From: Pseudomonadota bacterium
Lineage (GTDB): Bacteria > Myxococcota_A > Polyangia > Palsa-1104 > JAEUJZ01
Length of the DNA stretch: 15,076 nucleotides
Assembly: GCA_035328405.1 (NCBI GenBank)
Contig: DAOLIT010000112.1
Location: 1-15,076, forward strand
Direction: 5' to 3'
Below the pieces are notes generated by a model. The model was not told the origin of the DNA, did not search any database, and saw only the letters and a program-made list of their open reading frames with translations. The translations under genes and the position numbers were made by a program. Positions 13,746-15,076 of the stretch are shown here, one piece after another (within the stretch, counting starts at the first letter, position 1; the number at the start of each line of letters is the position of its first letter).

Positions 13746-15026
13746 ATGTTGACGCTCTCTTCGTTTCTCCTTCTGGCTGCGCCTGCTGATTTGTCTGTCG
13801 TTCGGCCCAAACTCGGCCTGTTGCCGTTTGCCGTCGCGGCGATTTTTGCCCTTTGGATCGTGCTTCTGCGCGTCGCGCTGCCCGGTTTTGGCAAGCGCCT
13901 GACCCGCCTGCTGATCGTCCTTTCCGCCCTGACCCTTGTGTTCATGGTGCCCCGCGTCCTGTGGCGGTCCACCGGAGCGCCCGCCGCCTGGATCACCACG
14001 CTCCACGGCCTGTTTCTGGGGCCCGTGACCGTCGTCCAGGTCGCCGCCCTCGCGGGCCTCTTTTCCGCGCCTGTGTGGGTTTCTTTGGGCCTTTTTGTGC
14101 GGCGCAAACTCGCGAGCCCGCCCCCACAAGAGAGACCCGCCGCCGCCCCGGACGCCTCGTCGGAACGCCCTCCCGCCCCCGGTTTGGCCCGCCGACAGGC
14201 GCTTTTGGCCTTGCCCTGGGTGTTGCCCGGCGGCGCGTGGATTGCCGGCACCTACGGCGTTTTTGTCGAGTCCTCGCGCGTCACCCTCCGCCACATCCGC
14301 ATCGCCATTCCCGGTTTGCCCCCCGCGCTACACGGGTTCCGCATCGGCCAAGTCACCGACATTCACATTTCCCGCTTTCAAACCCAGCTTTCCCAACTGG
14401 AACGCGGCCTGGCCCTTTTGGCTGACCAGAAACTCGACCTTGTGTGCCCCACCGGAGATTTGTGCGACGAGCCCCGCCTTCACCTGGACACCTTGCGCCT
14501 CATCAAACAGGTGCCTGCCCGCCTGGGCCATGTCGCCTGCGCCGGCAACCACGAGCTGTACCTGGCCTCGCCCGACGACATCCGCCGCGCCTACGAAAAA
14601 GCCCAGATTCAATTGCTCGAAGAGGCTTCCGTGTCCTTGGGGGGCCTGCGCGTCTGCGGCATCGGTTTTGCCCACACCGGCAAGGTTCCGCGCCTCGACC
14701 GCAGCCTCGTGCCCGGCCAGCTAAAAACCGCCCTTTCCCAGCGCACGCCCGGCGAGCCCACGTTGCTTTTGGCCCACCATCCCCACGTCTTCGAGCAAAT
14801 CGGGGGCCTCGACATCGCCCTCCAACTTTCGGGTCACACCCACGGCGGCCAAGTCGGCCTTGCCGGGTACTCTCTGTTGTCAGCTTTTTATCCTCTTGTG
14901 CGCGGCCACTACCGCCACAGCGATGCCCGGTCCCAACTTTTCGTCTCGGCGGGCCTGGGCCACTGGTTGCCCTTCCGCGTCGGCTGCCCTCCCGAGGTCG
15001 TCGTCATCGAGCTCATCCCCGCCTAG
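13746..15026 (+). CDS. Membrane-anchored calcineurin-like metallophosphoesterase (YkuE-like): N-terminal ~4 TM helices plus a C-terminal phosphoesterase domain
   Basis: Metallophos motifs 'IGQVTDIHIS', 'CPTGDL', 'ACAGNHE', 'LLAHHPH' and 'LSGHTHGGQ' appear in the canonical order. The N-terminal 120 aa are hydrophobic ('LLPFAVAAIFALWIVLLRVAL', 'LLIVLSALTLVFMV', 'VAALAGLFSAPVWVSLGLFV'). Confidence 0.85.
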   Translation: MLTLSSFLLLAAPADLSVVRPKLGLLPFAVAAIFALWIVLLRVALPGFGKRLTRLLIVLSALTLVFMVPRVLWRSTGAPAAWITTLHGLFLGPVTVVQVAALAGLFSAPVWVSLGLFVRRKLASPPPQERPAAAPDASSERPPAPGLARRQALLALPWVLPGGAWIAGTYGVFVESSRVTLRHIRIAIPGLPPALHGFRIGQVTDIHISRFQTQLSQLERGLALLADQKLDLVCPTGDLCDEPRLHLDTLRLIKQVPARLGHVACAGNHELYLASPDDIRRAYEKAQIQLLEEASVSLGGLRVCGIGFAHTGKVPRLDRSLVPGQLKTALSQRTPGEPTLLLAHHPHVFEQIGGLDIALQLSGHTHGGQVGLAGYSLLSAFYPLVRGHYRHSDARSQLFVSAGLGHWLPFRVGCPPEVVVIELIPA

Positions 15027-15076
15027 TACGACTTGCTCACTTCCCGGACTCCTGCGGCCAACCCCAGCGGGCATCT

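Overview
This is a GC-rich (~60%+) bacterial window with strong GC3 codon bias. Thirteen of fourteen supported genes are on the minus strand. Long plus-strand ORFs in the track are mostly antisense shadows. Five things stand out. (1) At 3710-6637(-) there is a full-length homologue of the eukaryotic major vault protein (MVP): N-terminal MVP repeats, the 'VPHNTAV...IELETAD' shoulder region and a long cap-helix coiled coil. It carries a ~150-aa Pro/Ala/Gln-rich insertion that eukaryotic MVP does not have. (2) Directly downstream and in the same direction sit flagellar-type type-III export-gate genes fliO-fliP-fliQ, joined by ATGA start/stop overlaps. Where fliR is expected there is instead (3) an unusual two-TM Ser/Thr kinase (1-2187, continuing past the left edge). 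Its N-terminus is an orphan, catalytically degenerate kinase C-lobe-like fragment. Then come TM1, a ~280-aa Pro/Ser-rich extracytoplasmic loop with a (KDKN/KDTD)n block encoded by a perfect TTTGTCTTTGTT microsatellite, TM2, and a complete Hanks kinase domain. (4) A compact marinostatin/microviridin-class graspetide (omega-ester RiPP) cluster lies at 8888-12055(-). It has an unannotated 58-aa precursor with a PFFAHLL leader motif and two tandem marinostatin-like cores (TTKKFPSDSD and TLRYPSDDDAD), a single MdnB/MdnC-family ATP-grasp ligase, and a fused ABC exporter. (5) The intergenic regions hold three distinct tandem-repeat families: a ~95-bp homopurine tract between MVP and fliO, a G-tract 11-mer array (G-quadruplex candidate) upstream of MVP, and GAGCGTTA x4 across the stop codon of the upstream lipoprotein gene. 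The remaining genes are a 14-bladed beta-propeller lipoprotein, a GT-C-like polytopic membrane glycosyltransferase candidate, and a membrane-anchored calcineurin-like metallophosphoesterase (the only plus-strand gene). I found no rRNA, tRNA, CRISPR or transposase signatures. All family assignments are from reading translations against remembered family motifs and should be confirmed with HMM or BLAST searches.
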